Assembly: GCA_000320545.1 (NCBI GenBank)
Contig: ADNK01001276.1
Span: 124,001 to 188,000 of the forward strand
Direction: 5' to 3'
DNA length: 64,000 nucleotides
Origin: Bigelowiella natans CCMP2755
Lineage: Eukaryota > Protista > Cercozoa
The translations under genes were made by a program, and so were the position numbers. Below are positions 21,881-35,524 of this stretch, piece by piece. Under the pieces are notes generated by a model. The model saw only the letters and a list, made by a program, of their open reading frames with translations, ran no database searches and was not told where the DNA came from. Each line of letters starts with the position of its first letter. Within the stretch, counting starts at the first letter, position 1.

Positions 21881-22337
21881 AGTCTGTGTGCGCTTCCATC
21901 ATTTTGTGTGTTTGTGTGCCTGTCACATTGCGTTGAAAAAAGTGCTAGATGCATTTATTGACATCGGATGAAGCTAGATAAGGACGGAAATGCGGTGATG
22001 CACGCACGTAATTGATCGAGTTGTCTTGCCATGTTGCATCCTGCGCGTGCAGTGTGCGTGACATGCTGTAGTGCAATCTACTTGCATGTAGCGTGAACCT
22101 TTAATGACTCATTATGTACACATAGACCACACTGAAGAAAGATGTAGGAATGATGAAAGCAACGCGTCTTCGTCACAAAGGGAAGTACGTAGCGGAGCTC
22201 ATAGAGATGCAGATGTGGAGCAAGCAAGAAAGTGTGCTCCACATGTTGCTTTTGCCGTCTTGAGATGCCGGTGCAGCACACGACATTGAATCAAGAGCAT
22301 TAAAGTTGGGAGGAAGCTCTTTTGGTGTAGGTTGTCA

Positions 22338-22884
22338 CTAGGCGGCCTCCTTTTCTTCCTCGTCACCATTAGACAACGGCTTAAATCCATCCCGTACAAT
22401 TTCTTTATACTTAAAGTTTCGAGTCTAAGTGTTAGGGTGTCGAATTTTAAGTGTTGGTTTCAATAGAATTCTCGATAAAGTAACAGTTAAGTTGCTCAAG
22501 GACTGTTCTCGAGAAAAACGAGAAAGTGGAGAATGAAAGGATAGACTGATGGGACGCACCACGATGATGAAAACAATGAAGGTGATAAACTGAAGCCCGG
22601 CAACAGCGAAGTAGGGTCGCTGAACATCGTCGAATGAACAAAACCAAATTTGAAACGACATAGACGACAAAGGAACATTGCGAATCAGGAACTTAACAAC
22701 TAATTCGGCCAGGTACATCAGTAGATCATGTACTATCTCGCCTCCCTCAACCTTTCCTACGTGCATTCGTATTTAACACTAGAAAAATATTGGCAGCATT
22801 CGACCAGAAATGCTAGCCCATGATCATAATTTTTTAGCAACGCAGCAACTCCTCCTCCTCCTCCTCCTCCTCCTCCTCCTCCTC

Positions 22885-22916
<32 letters not shown>

Positions 22917-23858
22917 TCTAAATGTCCGTTGTTTAGGTCGTTTGGAATATCAACTTGAAAGGATACAGTGATCCCAGCTGCAACAGCGCTGGCAAGGCCT
23001 GAGCAGTTCAGCAGATCATAAAGCATTCAAGATGTGACTTCTTACAATATGGTCACGAACGAAGGAATGGCTGGCAAGGTGGTTTACATTATAATCGCGA
23101 TAAAGACAATGCTAATACTACCCGTTGTGAAGAGGTTAATCGCCTGAGCCGAGCTACGCATCTCCATCGGAATTTCTGTGTAGCAGAGCTCATAAACCTA
23201 TTTGATGATGAGGAAAAGATCATCAATGCACATGAGAATGATAGTATCCCTTACTATGCTCTTCCTTCCCCTCCTTTCCCCCCCTCGGCCCCCTAATACC
23301 TGTACAGAAATGAGGACTTCGCTGACGCCAATGAGGAAGTATGGAATTGCCATCCAGAACACGGACAAATTTGACATACAGGTCTTCTTTCCCATAAATC
23401 TAAAAGGGTATTTGTAGAGGAGGAGGCGTGAGAGTGTTTTGTAATGAGGTTGGTGGCTGACTTAAAGAGCTATCAACTTTACTTTCCTTACACATGCACC
23501 GCAACCACCGAGTAGTAGTAGCAGTAGTAGCAGCAGCAGTAGCAGTAGTTGTAGGATAACTTATGTCAATATGCGAAAGATTGTGTTTACCCTTCGCTGT
23601 CTTGAGCACATGTATCTGGATTGTCAGAATCAACGATTGGCGCACAATTCGAGTACGACTTCTCCGCGGTAGTGAATTCCACCACTGATCATCAACCAAT
23701 CAACCAATCAATCAATGAATCAATCATTATTCACTTTTAACGTCGTCGGCATCTTTCCCAGAATCACATTCTTTAGGAGCACCGACTCTTTCTAATCTCT
23801 CACCTCTCTCTCGCGCGCGCGTACGCACATTCTAAAAAATAATTCAAAGAGAAAGAGA

Positions 23859-23890
<32 letters not shown>

Positions 23891-25413
23891 AGCGGGGAGG
23901 CGGGGGGAATGGGACAAGGGGAGGGATTGCAGGTATGCCGTGTATGGCGCAGGTAACAGTACCAACCTCCGCTCTCTCGTCGCTTGATTTCGATAACTGC
24001 AGCAGCCATGACCGCAGCCGTGGATACCTTTGATCACGACGATGATGCAAATATATACCACAATCAATCATGCCGAATCGATCAATCACGAACAAAAGGA
24101 CTGCTGTCCTTTCTATCCTTTCTGAAACCCCAAAACAAGAATTGAATGGAGGGGGAGAAGGAGGAGAAGGAGAAGGAGGAGGAAGAGGAGGGTAAGGATG
24201 AGCAGAAGGGTATGTTTATTACCAAAAAGCCACAGGCCATTTTCTGGAGCAGAGTGAACTTTGAGCCTGTTGTTGTCACAAATCCCCATGTCAGATCTCT
24301 TACTGCTATCAAGCGCACGCAACGCGCAAATGCAGAAAAAGAGGAAGAGAAGATGAGGAGGAGGAGGAGGAGAAGAAAAGGGAGAAGGGAGGAGCCATCA
24401 CCTTTGCAACGTTCGATAAACGGGTAAAGAAAGGAGTCGAAGAGCGGGATGCACAATACAATGGCAATGCAGTCGCCGATTTGCAAGACAGCTGCATTGA
24501 GCTGCAGAGATGATCGATTATCACGAGCAGTACGTTAGGAGATTGTGAGCAGCTCAAAAATACTGACTTCTACAAATTAACAAACAGTTACTCTTTTCTC
24601 CCCCTTTTCCTCCTATATCTATCACCCCTCTCTACCCCCCCCCCCCCCAATCTTTCCCCTCCGTCTCCCCCCCTACTACTTCTGCAATAAACTCTATCTA
24701 CCTGAGTATTGTCCCCTATGTACAAGTTCATCTGGCAGCTCTGCGCATAGAAATTGCCCGACATCTGACTGTATGCGACCCAGAAGCTCGTGCTGCAGAG
24801 CACAGGTGGTAGGACACGCCACAGCTCCTTAGCATCCAAAATGGCCTTCTCACTCGGCCCGTCGTCGTCCAAACCGAGCATCATATCATCCTTCTTTCTC
24901 TCAGCTGCCTCATCATTTAGTTGTTGATCGCCTTCATTCCTCTCCCCTGACTGTCCTACCCAATCGGTGTTGATGCAGCAGCCGCCAGTGAGCACAATGC
25001 CCACGGCTGCGCAAGCACATCTGAGATGGCCAGATTCTTGTTCAGGGCTGTCGTCCTCCACAAATGCCCTATTTCAGGTAATTGACGGGCAACAAATTTA
25101 GACTTTTCTGAAAGGACCTCTACCTCTTCTGACCGGCAAACACGAGCCATGCATGCACGCGCGAACAAGCACACGCGTGTACACCCGTGGATAAGGTATA
25201 AGAGAGTGGAGGCAAAATTTGAGTTAGGTAGCAGACCCGCCCACGCTGAGAGTGAACCCCACTATCATAGAGATGACGCCTACTAGGATCACGTAGCCCT
25301 GCAAGCTATGAGTCAACGACTTCTTGTATACATCGAAGAAGATGCCCATGGTACCTACATTACATGTCATTTTTAAAGTAAAATTTAGAGCGCGCGCGCG
25401 CGTGCGCACACAA

Positions 25414-25474
<61 letters not shown>

Positions 25475-25498
25475 ATATTTTTTATATACTTTTTTTTT

Positions 25499-25574
<76 letters not shown>

Positions 25575-28130
25575 GTCTGCATTTTTTTTTGACAGACTGG
25601 TAGATATATCTCTTAAACATTTCTTCCGTTCATTACCTCCGCTCGCAGGGTAGAGAATGTAGCGGCCACTCGCACCGAGAAACACCGTCAGCGCGAGGGT
25701 CAACGCAATAGCGCAGATTGTAAATGACCAGAAGAAACCGTATTCGGCTGGAATTGCACCAGAACTAAAAGGAAAAAAAGAAAGAAAAGCTTATCACCAA
25801 TGTATCATGGACGAATATTTTAAAGATAAAATCGGTCAGCAGCTCCACGTTTAGAGACAGCCACCACCACTACCACCATTCTTATCAATCAATAGCAGTG
25901 CGTTAGGAAGCTATGCATATCGCCTAGTAGCAATGGCAAAAGAGAGAGAGAGGTGTTGATCAATAATACTCACCCGTTGGTAGCCATCTGCGCGATGTAG
26001 CCGAAAGAGATCCCGGCTCCGATATTGATCGCCTGCACATACATACATACCAGCCGTATCACGACGAATATCCAGATTGAGCGGTACCAAATTTGGAAGA
26101 AAAGGACGTAAAATATGCACGGGCATAACTCTCGCCTTCGGAACACAAACGCTTTCAATCTGCTAATGTTCCACGACAATTAGTTTGCGAATCGCCCTTC
26201 CTTCCCCAAAATGGTATGTTTGCGCTGCTGACTACTCTCCCCCCTCTTCCTCAATTCTTCCTATCCTCCCATGTCATTGCCCCTCACCCAGTAGAATAGT
26301 TGAAGAATTGCTTCATACCGGGACCACGCGCGGACAACATGCAAAAGAAAGAGGGGGGGGGAAATCATCATCAAGGTTAAATTAGAAGATCGGCAAAAGA
26401 TGCAATCAACGAGGCCAAAAGCTGGCAAGAAAGCCCTTTCAATGTTCAACTGTTTAAGGGAAAATAATTACTCGGAGATCAATCCTCTCTCTTCCTTCTC
26501 TTCTTACCTCTTTTTGGACCACATGATCGGGATTCTTGTCGTTGAACTGATCCCCTAATTGTATGGTGATGATGATCATCACAATCAAAACAACAACAGA
26601 GCAGACAGTTGAGCAAGCGAGCTGCCACCCATGCACGTCATTGTCGTGGCGATTTTATCGGTGCTGTGCAACTAACAACGCTTATATGACGAGGAAAGGG
26701 GGATGTACATTCTGCTGCTGCTTTATGTCGTTTGGAACTACCTCCCAAAGTCACCACATTGGCTTTGATTCCTCCAGATCCAAGAGCCAAAAGACCGAAG
26801 CACGAAAACATGAATAGATTCTGCATGAAGAGGAGAAGAAGGAGGAGGAGGAGGAGGACAGATACAGAGAGGTTATATGGAAGCGACAATAGTACATGTG
26901 CCCAAATATCATATTAGACCGATGAAATCTCTCTGAGTAGACGCGATAGCGATTTTGCTACCTTATTCTCATTGCCGGGATGCACTGAATAGCTCATCAA
27001 AGTGACGCCAGCCAGGTATACAAACCCTGTAGGATATTCCGTGGGTGACAAGTGAACAAGAATCATCAGTGTATAGATAAAAATGGAAGAAACACAGAAG
27101 CAAAACGCCATGACGACGAGGAGATAATAGAGAAAGGAACAGTAGAAGATGAACATAGTAGAGAATGAGCATGAATAGAGTATTGCATGCCCACGTGTCT
27201 GTAGAACTTGTCGTAAAGAATCTGATGCAAATGAATAATACACAAATCATGAGTTAGATTGGAACAGGTACCAAAAATGGCGATAGTCTTAAATCGTCCC
27301 CAGTGCTCATCTGCAATGTATCCTATATACAATGATATGCTCAACTTAGAAGATCTGAAAAACAACGCTCGTGATTGGGACACTATGTAGAAATTTGAGT
27401 ACAATAATTGCAAGCTGTGAGACTTTCATAGGTGGTACTTAACCGTGCCGCAGAATTAAGTGCTTTCAGGATTGTCAGAAATTCGCAGAATAGGTTTGTT
27501 TTGAAATATAATTAAGTTAGCTCACTACCTCCTAGCAATGGAGTCAAGTAAACAAAAGATGGCAGCACGTTTGTCAGAGCACTTGACTGTCAATCAATAC
27601 AGAAAGATTTTTTAAAACCAAATGAGAGACAGAATCCTTTTTTTCCAATTAGTATTTCTAGATGTGAAGTCGTAGTCGTAGTGGTGGTGGTGATGGTAAT
27701 GGTGATGATGGTGGTGGTTCTTCTTAATATTTGTGTACAGTACTGACTTTTTAATACTAAACCTGGAAGGACGAATAGCCGAAGCTCTTATTGAACAAAA
27801 CTTTGATGGAGCCCGTTAATCCTACGAGATGGTACATAAGGATAAGGGAAGAGCAAGCACGTTTCTCACCCTAGAATATGCACTAATCCTGAACATTTTA
27901 TTTGATTACAAGAGCCATCTTGAAAGATCTCTAGTGGTTGTGATGTCATGTTTGTACAGCAGTGTGAACGAAGTGATCAAGGCATCACCATAGAAGCAAA
28001 GACGTTCGCACATTTCCATAACAAGAATGAAAATGCAGACATTCATAAGAATGTTCTTGTACTCGTAGACACGAGTTGGCCGGGTTGGCACCGTTGAGAG
28101 GAAGGTTGTCACCGTCTTCAACACCATCTT
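22338..28130 (-). CDS. Proton-dependent oligopeptide transporter (PTR2/POT family), many exons; start approximate
   Basis: EMCERLCFYG (ExxER motif), GYIADEHWGRFKTI, ALGSGGIKANVVTLG, QAINIGA, FWVAYSQM, IPYFLIGVSEVL, NDLNNGHLE; final exon ends EEEKEAA-TAG at 22338. Confidence 0.92.
25388..25566. repeat. Compound microsatellite (GC)n(CA)n(TA)n...(TA)n(GA)n in a transporter intron
   Basis: Directly visible. Confidence 0.95.
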
Positions 28131-28280
28131 GACGTTTTATTTCCCGAAGAAGAAAATACCTGTAAATTAGGATGTAGCAGTGAGTCCAAAGCATGGAAAA
28201 CGTGATCCAGATGGATTTTTTGGGATTTCTAACAGAATATCAACAGGAATCAATTCATCCCACTTAATCTTTTCCTATTT

Positions 28281-29333
28281 TTAACCAGCATGGAAAAATT
28301 GGTGATAAGTTCCAATGCTGTGTATGTCGTCCCGGATTAGATTTGTGTTTTGTCTGAGAGTCTGAACATCGTTTGATCCTTTAAATCCTATAGTATGTAC
28401 CCTGTAGATTCTGTGCAGATCTTGATGCCGTCCTTCTGAGATATTTTTGGTCAAAGAAAAGGGTTGGGGGTTGGGGGGAGACGGGAGGTTGTTCCGCACC
28501 CGGTAGATTTGATGTCACCGACAGCGAATTCCCTAATTCATCATTTACGACTGAGCTTTTATGTTGTCGCAGGAACAATTCCGATGAAGTTCTAGTATTT
28601 CTGAATTTTCAGTTTCCGATATCCTTGCGTTTCGTTGTGTACGACACGTAGGATGTCCTGGATGGGTATCCGTCATAATTCACGAAAAATAACGCAAGTT
28701 GTCGCGCTTTGTACATGTATCCCCTCTATCCCTGCGACACACAAACAACAAAGAGGCGAATTTACTCTACTGCCACTTGCATCTTTTTCCTGAATGCGAC
28801 ACAAACCAACGCATGTCGCACAGGATGTTTCTCGTCGTATTTTTAGTTTCTGTTGTCTTCTCAAGAACGTGGCTGAGGGGTTTTGAGGAGGAGGAGCAGA
28901 AGACACGCGCAACCAATGCTTGCAGGCATCTCGACACTGGTACAGCCTCCCCCCTCTTGAACCCTCATACATTACGAAGAATTTATTCGGTGCTGAAATA
29001 TATACCTTCTTGCCCGGAGAATGCTCGAGGGAGATACCTCTTAGCTTTGTGTAATGTTGGGCTCAGACCTGCTACTCTGTCCTCGGGACAGCTCTCATAG
29101 GGGCTGCAATAATCTTCTTCATCCAGGTAACCTAATGATTTATTTGTGATTTCTTTTGAGCATATTTTTCTCTTTAGAAGTACTTTAGTGGCCCTGTAAG
29201 ACTGAGGCCTGACCGGTATACCCCCGTGAAGCTCATTCGAAAAAAGGTTCCTTCTCATCTGAAACAAATAGCCTGGAATGATGTATCGTTCTTCATACTT
29301 TTTAGGTTGTTTCTGATAATGTGGAGAGGCCAA
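28281..29333 (-). CDS. Hypothetical protein (possible multi-exon gene)
   Basis: Two coding-like ORF segments (28983-29333, 28381-28578); no recognised domain. Confidence 0.25.
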
Positions 29334-29428
29334 CAGTTTTCTTGGTGTTTGACACGAATGTATCGGTAATGCGAGACGCTCGAATTATTGCACCATAATC
29401 TTCACAGTTGATATACTCTTCTTGACAG

Positions 29429-30276
29429 GGATTTCCAACGGGAGCTCATGTATCGTGTAAGTTTACCGATGGAAAGGCTATGGTATTTGACAACAATAGC
29501 TCAGATGATTCCCAGTGAACCACCATTTTTAAACTGATTTGCGTGTGGGCGTGCGTACTTGTGTGTGTGGCAGACTATGCGGCCCTACACTCCAACCCGG
29601 TTCTCCCCGTCGGAGTGTGAATTGATGATTCGAGTCTATCCTGAGGGAAAGATGACTCAGCATATGCACAAATTGAAGGTAGCTGAGCGTTGCATCACAA
29701 TAGTACAATTCGGCTCATGGCTGTTCTAGTTTCCCAAAACTTCGTCTCTAATTAGGTAGGAGACACCATAGATATGAGAGGTCCAACCGGCTTCAAAAGG
29801 TTCATTAATTTCATTATCTATATTAGTTAGTTTTGGTCAAATTTCCTTTAAAATTGGATTTACTCATAGATACGGCCACAAAGGACCTGGCGTGATGTCG
29901 AAGTTGTTGAAGGTACACCAGTGATGGCGTAATACGCTTTTTAAGTACCATGTCGAGACAACAAGTCAGGTTCCATCTGTCTAGTACTATGGATACAATT
30001 TTTGTGTCTGATCCTATGATGAATGTCGACTACGATAATAAAAGTAATGAAGTAAACGCCAGTATGCCTAATGCGTTGCGGGTAACGTTCATCATTTGTA
30101 CATGTACCTCGTTGATAGAACAAAGAGCACCACCAGGAAGGCATTGAACACATCATGATGTTTGCTGGTGGCACTGGAATCACGCCCATGCTTCAAATTT
30201 GCAATCATATCATTCAAGATGAAAAGGATAACACCAAAGCATCGCTATTGGTAAGGATATGACACAGACACAGACA

Positions 30277-30356
<80 letters not shown>

Positions 30357-30929
30357 TGATATGATATTTGGTTGAGAGAATGAGCCTCATCTCTTAGAAC
30401 AAGTATTGGTCTCTGTTATCCTCTTGACACCTTTCTGCATCATCGGGAACTCGTTTATACTTCTCACATTCAGGTCGCGAACTCGACTCCAGAGGACGTG
30501 ATGCTGTACGACCAACTTTTGAAGTTAGAGAGTCGGTCCAAAGGCAACATCAAGGTTTTCTTCACTGTAAGTAAGCCTTCAGAAGATTGGAAACACAGAA
30601 AAGGCCGGGTAGATGAGAAAATGATCAAAGACTTGTTTCCAGCACCATCCAGTAAAGTTGCTGTTGCAGTATGTGGACCGTCAGGATTCGAAAAGGTGTA
30701 GCCTGCCTGCAGTTTTTGCCACATAATATTGTATCTTTTTGTCTCAAGGATTCCAGTCCGTCGTATGCAACGAACATAAAATAATGCTTTATACAATTCT
30801 ATGTTTTGCGTTGTTGGAAAAACGAGCAAGGAATGACAAAATTTATTGTCCTTGCGTTTGTTGTATCAGGCCGTCGTTGAAGGACTAGTGAGCGTTGGCC
30901 ACGAAAAGGCAAGAATATGGAGATGGTGA
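29429..30929 (+). CDS. NADH-cytochrome b5 reductase-like flavoprotein (5' exons not located)
   Basis: GFPTGAH, RPYTPT, IRVYPEGKMT, MRGPTG, MFAGGTGITPMLQ, ANSTPEDVML, GRVDEKMI, VCGPSGF; TGA at 30927-30929. Confidence 0.9.
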
Positions 30930-31697
30930 TCAGTGTGTTCTCGGCTTGAGTTAGATTCAGACGCATCTGAATTTCAACATTCTAAAATGACAGTTCGTTT
31001 GCGTGTGAGTACTAAGATGTAGCGTTGTAGTGTTTTTATATCGTTCGCATCATCTGAGCATGCTGCGAGTAAATAAAAAGCAATATGAGAATGCAAGTAT
31101 ATGTAAATTTATCTCACGACCATGCTCTAGATACATGAAATCACCGAGGAGGATACCACACATGCGATTTATGTGCCCTCGGGACTGGCGCTACGATGAA
31201 TAAGCAGCTATAGCTAGATAGCAGCAACAACGGCATTATTCATATAGCGCAGAATCTATTAGATCATCTAGTGCCGCCACTCTGCACTCGTCTGAAGCAC
31301 AACGCGCACGCCGCGTGGACAGCGTGCTATCGCGTTGCTGAATGTTGCATTCTAGCCTTGCATTCAGCGTACAGCTATAAATAATGCCTGTATATGTATG
31401 TACATACAAGTTCATGTGCTCTCTGTTGCTCTGGAGTGGACTCACATCTATATGTAATTGGATGGATCGATCATCTAAACATGGGCCGCGCAGGTTTTTA
31501 TTGTTCCATTTGCATCCTATAATCCATGCATGTAATAACAACGCATGTGTGACCATGCGCATTGCATTGCTCGTACTTAAATAACTAATAATGTGTTCTA
31601 TATCTGTGCAATATCTATAGCTCTAGAGCTATCTAGGTATGGCTGTAGCGGTGGAGCAAAGGACATTATACATTGGCAATCTTCGCTTCTTCTACCA

Positions 31698-33000
31698 TCA
31701 TTTCCTATCATCTAAAGTAAATGCTTCGAAGGGTAGCCTGCGACTGGCGCGAGAGCTTTCATCAATCCATGAGGGTAGTACAATAGGAATACCATGTTTC
31801 AATGCTTTGCGTACCTTCTGATATTATTAGGAAGGTAATGAGCAAAGAAATAATCATTTTTTGCATATGATACCTGAGTTCTATACTTCCAAGCTTCCGT
31901 TGTGGAAACCACACAATGCAAACGCCTGTAGGGAGATTTAAAAGAACGGCCAAATCTAATTTATTACGGCAAGGCAAAGTTTATAATTGAAGCTTACTTA
32001 TGAATAATATTGTCGCATCGCCCCCCTCCACGCGATATCATCCCTTTGTATCTGCGTCGATATGATTTAACTTAAATGACGGAGGACCAGTTCTGTTGAG
32101 CTGGGAAAAGAATGGCAAAGGAAGTACCTGTCTCGGTCGATCTTTCCGGTGAGGCCTATGGCCATTTTCTTTCGTATTATATTAAATGTAAGCTCAATAA
32201 ATCGAAAGATAGAAATATTTAAGAGAGAACTTGGAAGAGCTGTCCTCGGGGGACTTTCGGAGGCAAAACCACTAAAGATTGATCCATAGTTATCTTGTTG
32301 ATATTTGCTCCCTTCGCCTCCATTTCATTATCCTTTCTTCTCTGAGTTGAATTCTCCTATTATTGTAACAGTAAAACTCAGTATGTATACTTAATGGCAA
32401 CGCAATTGTGATATCACTTCCTCTTCAATGTAAGAAGGATTCTCTTCTGGCTCGTCACTAAAAGAGTAGATAATAAATGGCATTTAGAAAGCACAGATAC
32501 CACGTGAAAGTGTTTACTTTAATCTATACACGAAATACTAATTGCACATCAACTGCAATAAAACTACCTAACTCCAGCAGTGTGAGATGGACAGTGTGTT
32601 CCATTATCTGCAAAGCAAACCACGATGGGGTATTCTATATTTGTATTCACGAGCAACACGGACGTCTTCGAAGTAATCAATAAAAGTCAATGTTCGAGGC
32701 ATTCTACTGCATTCTTTACTTTTCATGGCGCTCTCTTCTGCGGAAGGGGCAATCCTGGCTCTTTTTGCTCGTCTCTGTCTCCCATGCAGCCTGGCCATCC
32801 TGTTCAGATAAAATCCGAATCCACATGCGCTGAAACCAAAGGCATCCTTTCGCGATTGCCCTTTAAAACTCATCCTCCTGCGTCCACCAACCTCTCTTGA
32901 GTTGTGTCTCTCCTCACACCACGGGTTGTGATCGAAGCGCTGGAGGAGATGTTATTCCTCCTTCTTCTTCTTCCTCTTCTTCTTCTTCTTCTTCTGTCCT
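31698..33000 (-). CDS. BRCT-domain protein (multi-exon; start approximate)
   Basis: Terminal exons read LHCVVST...TQ/KVRKALKHGIPIVLPSWIDESSRASRRLPFEAF, a typical BRCT C-terminal half. Confidence 0.65.
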
Positions 33001-33428
33001 CCGCCGGCCCCAGAAGAAATATGAACGTCTGAGGAGGTTGAAAAAATCCGAAGGGGAAACATCGTGGATTTTAAACCTGCGACACCAAAAACATCGGGGA
33101 CTTTTGGTCTACGACAACATTTGGCTCCCTCACCCAGATAACTGTACGATTAGTCACGTTCGCATCGTGCTCCGAGTGGTGGCAATCATCTGAGAGGGGG
33201 GACTAAAGCAGGACTGCGTGCATTGATGAATGCCTCTCCCGTTTGGGCTAGTTCTGCTCATCGCGCTTAGCATCTATGAAGGATCTGAGAAAGCAAGACA
33301 GAGGCGGAAAGGGCCAGTTTCCACTTTGACAGAGACAGATGCTCTCAACCTTCGGAAGCAGTATATGCTCAAGTATAAACTTTTGTGCCTCGTAATTGAG
33401 TAGCATTCAGTGTATCCTGTACAATAAT

Positions 33429-34435
33429 ATGGGGCAGACGACAACGGCAGCAGGAGAAAGAAAAGGAAAACCACGCGTATATGATGGAGGAGGAAAGGTT
33501 CTGTGTTTCCGCTATTGCGATAGGCTTTTTACAGGGAGAAAATTGAATAGTTCATACATCGTACCAAACAGTGGTGTTGGTTTTAGATCAAAATCTGCGA
33601 AAGAAGAGGAAATCTCAGTGTATGAAGAAATGCAGCGGGTATACAGTTCCCGACTATTCTGCCGGTGTCAAGGCTAATTTTTACACTCTTTAATTGTGAT
33701 TAGAAAATAAAGCAAGCTTATGAAAAAGTTGAGGTAATATGTTCCTCACACCGAGAAAGATCTTCAATAACAATGCTCCATAATCATCAGGATGAAGCCC
33801 ATCAGACCAGATCCAGACAAAGTGAGAGCCAAGATTGGTTTTCGAGGCCAGATCTTCGTTCGCAAAAGAGATTGATGGCTCTCGCAGTGAAATCGAATGT
33901 ACCTACCTCACCGTACGCAACGAAAGTTTTGTATCATCAGACCCCTTATAACCTTATAGGGACTGGAAGGAGAACGAGATAAATACACAACTGCTCAGGT
34001 CTTCTGTAATGTCATTTTTAGTTGTACAATGGAACGTAAACTAATGTCATAAATTAGCTCGAGGATTACGAAAGAATCGTCAGCACTCCTTCTTCGAACC
34101 CGCTTTTGGAGCTACAAGGTCCCCGAAAACGCAGAAAAAAAATAGAGACCTCGTCTTCCCAGGACTCAGATGAGAAAGAAGAGAACGAATACATGAAGTT
34201 CATAGATTCTTCGCAGAGAGGGCCGCAAGGAAAACTTCACTTACCAGGGCTGGCTTCCAAGTCAGCCGATAATATTCTTCAAGATATCAATGATATCGAA
34301 GAGGGTGCTGATGAGAGTGCTGACGATGGGGAAGAAAACGACGGAGACAATGCGGAACCCACTGAGTCCGAAGGTGACGAATCTCCCCCACCTGCACCTC
34401 CTGCTGCAGGTTTCACGCCTTCGAAATTAAAATAG
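33429..34435 (+). CDS. Hypothetical protein with an acidic C-terminus (multi-exon)
   Basis: Coding-like last exon 34060-34435 and short upstream GT-AG introns; no recognised domain. Confidence 0.4.
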
Positions 34436-35524
34436 TATTGTGAAAACGGCGGTCATAACCATGCATGCTCTCGCGGTAACATTTGCCATCTTTGTTTTAG
34501 CGCAATAATTGGCAAACGTATTGCGACTTCTATTGCCAACTCGATCAACACAGCTGCACCGAATTTCTCTCGGCATGTGAATGTCAATCTTGCAGTGCAT
34601 ACGCACACACAGTACGTGCAACGCAGTGAATGCGCAAAAATCAATGGAAGTAGAATCAAAACGTGAATAAGTGCCAACGATATACGCATGCAAGGTTCAA
34701 AAGTTCAAGGCAGTAGCCCTCGCGATGCCTTACTCATCGATCACTACGCTCGTTTACGTGGCTGCTGCAAGCTTTGCAGTGCGTCTATGAGTTTAATGAA
34801 AGCTCGTGAATTGTCTTTATGCATCACACCGTGTCGTCAATTTTTCCCATTTGCTTTGCATGAACAGATCGAAGCCCTCTCTTGCAAAGCTACATCACAA
34901 TGAATTAGGCGTGCCGAAATGAATCAGGTGCCGACTGATGCGCTCGCTGATGCGCCGACTAATGCGCCGACCAACGTGCCGACTTACTGACAAGTGTCTA
35001 AATTAATGCAAGAAGAACGGGCTAAGCTACCATTAGTCTATGCGAAAGGTGCACGCCATGCAGTACCGGTAGCTGTCTTTCCTGATCAGGGACATCAACA
35101 CTGCAATCATCAGGCTCACACACTGCATGGCCAAGGAAGAGCTACAATGTTCTGACCATGTACGCAACATGATGTTCACAAGTACTATTTTCGCATCCAT
35201 CTCGTGTTTCTCTCATTTCCATTCACATTTATTTCCACATCACTACGAGTAGCGAAAGCAGAGCGGCATTCGGCGTCGGCTCCAGGGTAAGAAAGAATGA
35301 ATGCAGAAAGGTTGTCGCACCCCAGAAATTACGGTATCATTGAGAAAAAAGTACCAAAAAAATGCCCTGTTTTCTCATCTGCGACAACTAATATGGTCAC
35401 GAAAAGGCTTTGGACATATCACAGAAACGGCTCTAATCCCCGCACAACGGCAAAAGACGCAGGAGTAAAGAACGGAAGTTGATTGAATTTATTTTACTAG
35501 AAGATAACAAATAGTGGATGTCGC

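Noticed and set aside
34910-34990. 12-bp tandem repeat encoding VPTDA..APTNAPTNVPT
   Set aside because: Only a 23-codon frame; it could be a mucin-like remnant but is too short to support a call. It is not a CRISPR array because it has no spacers.
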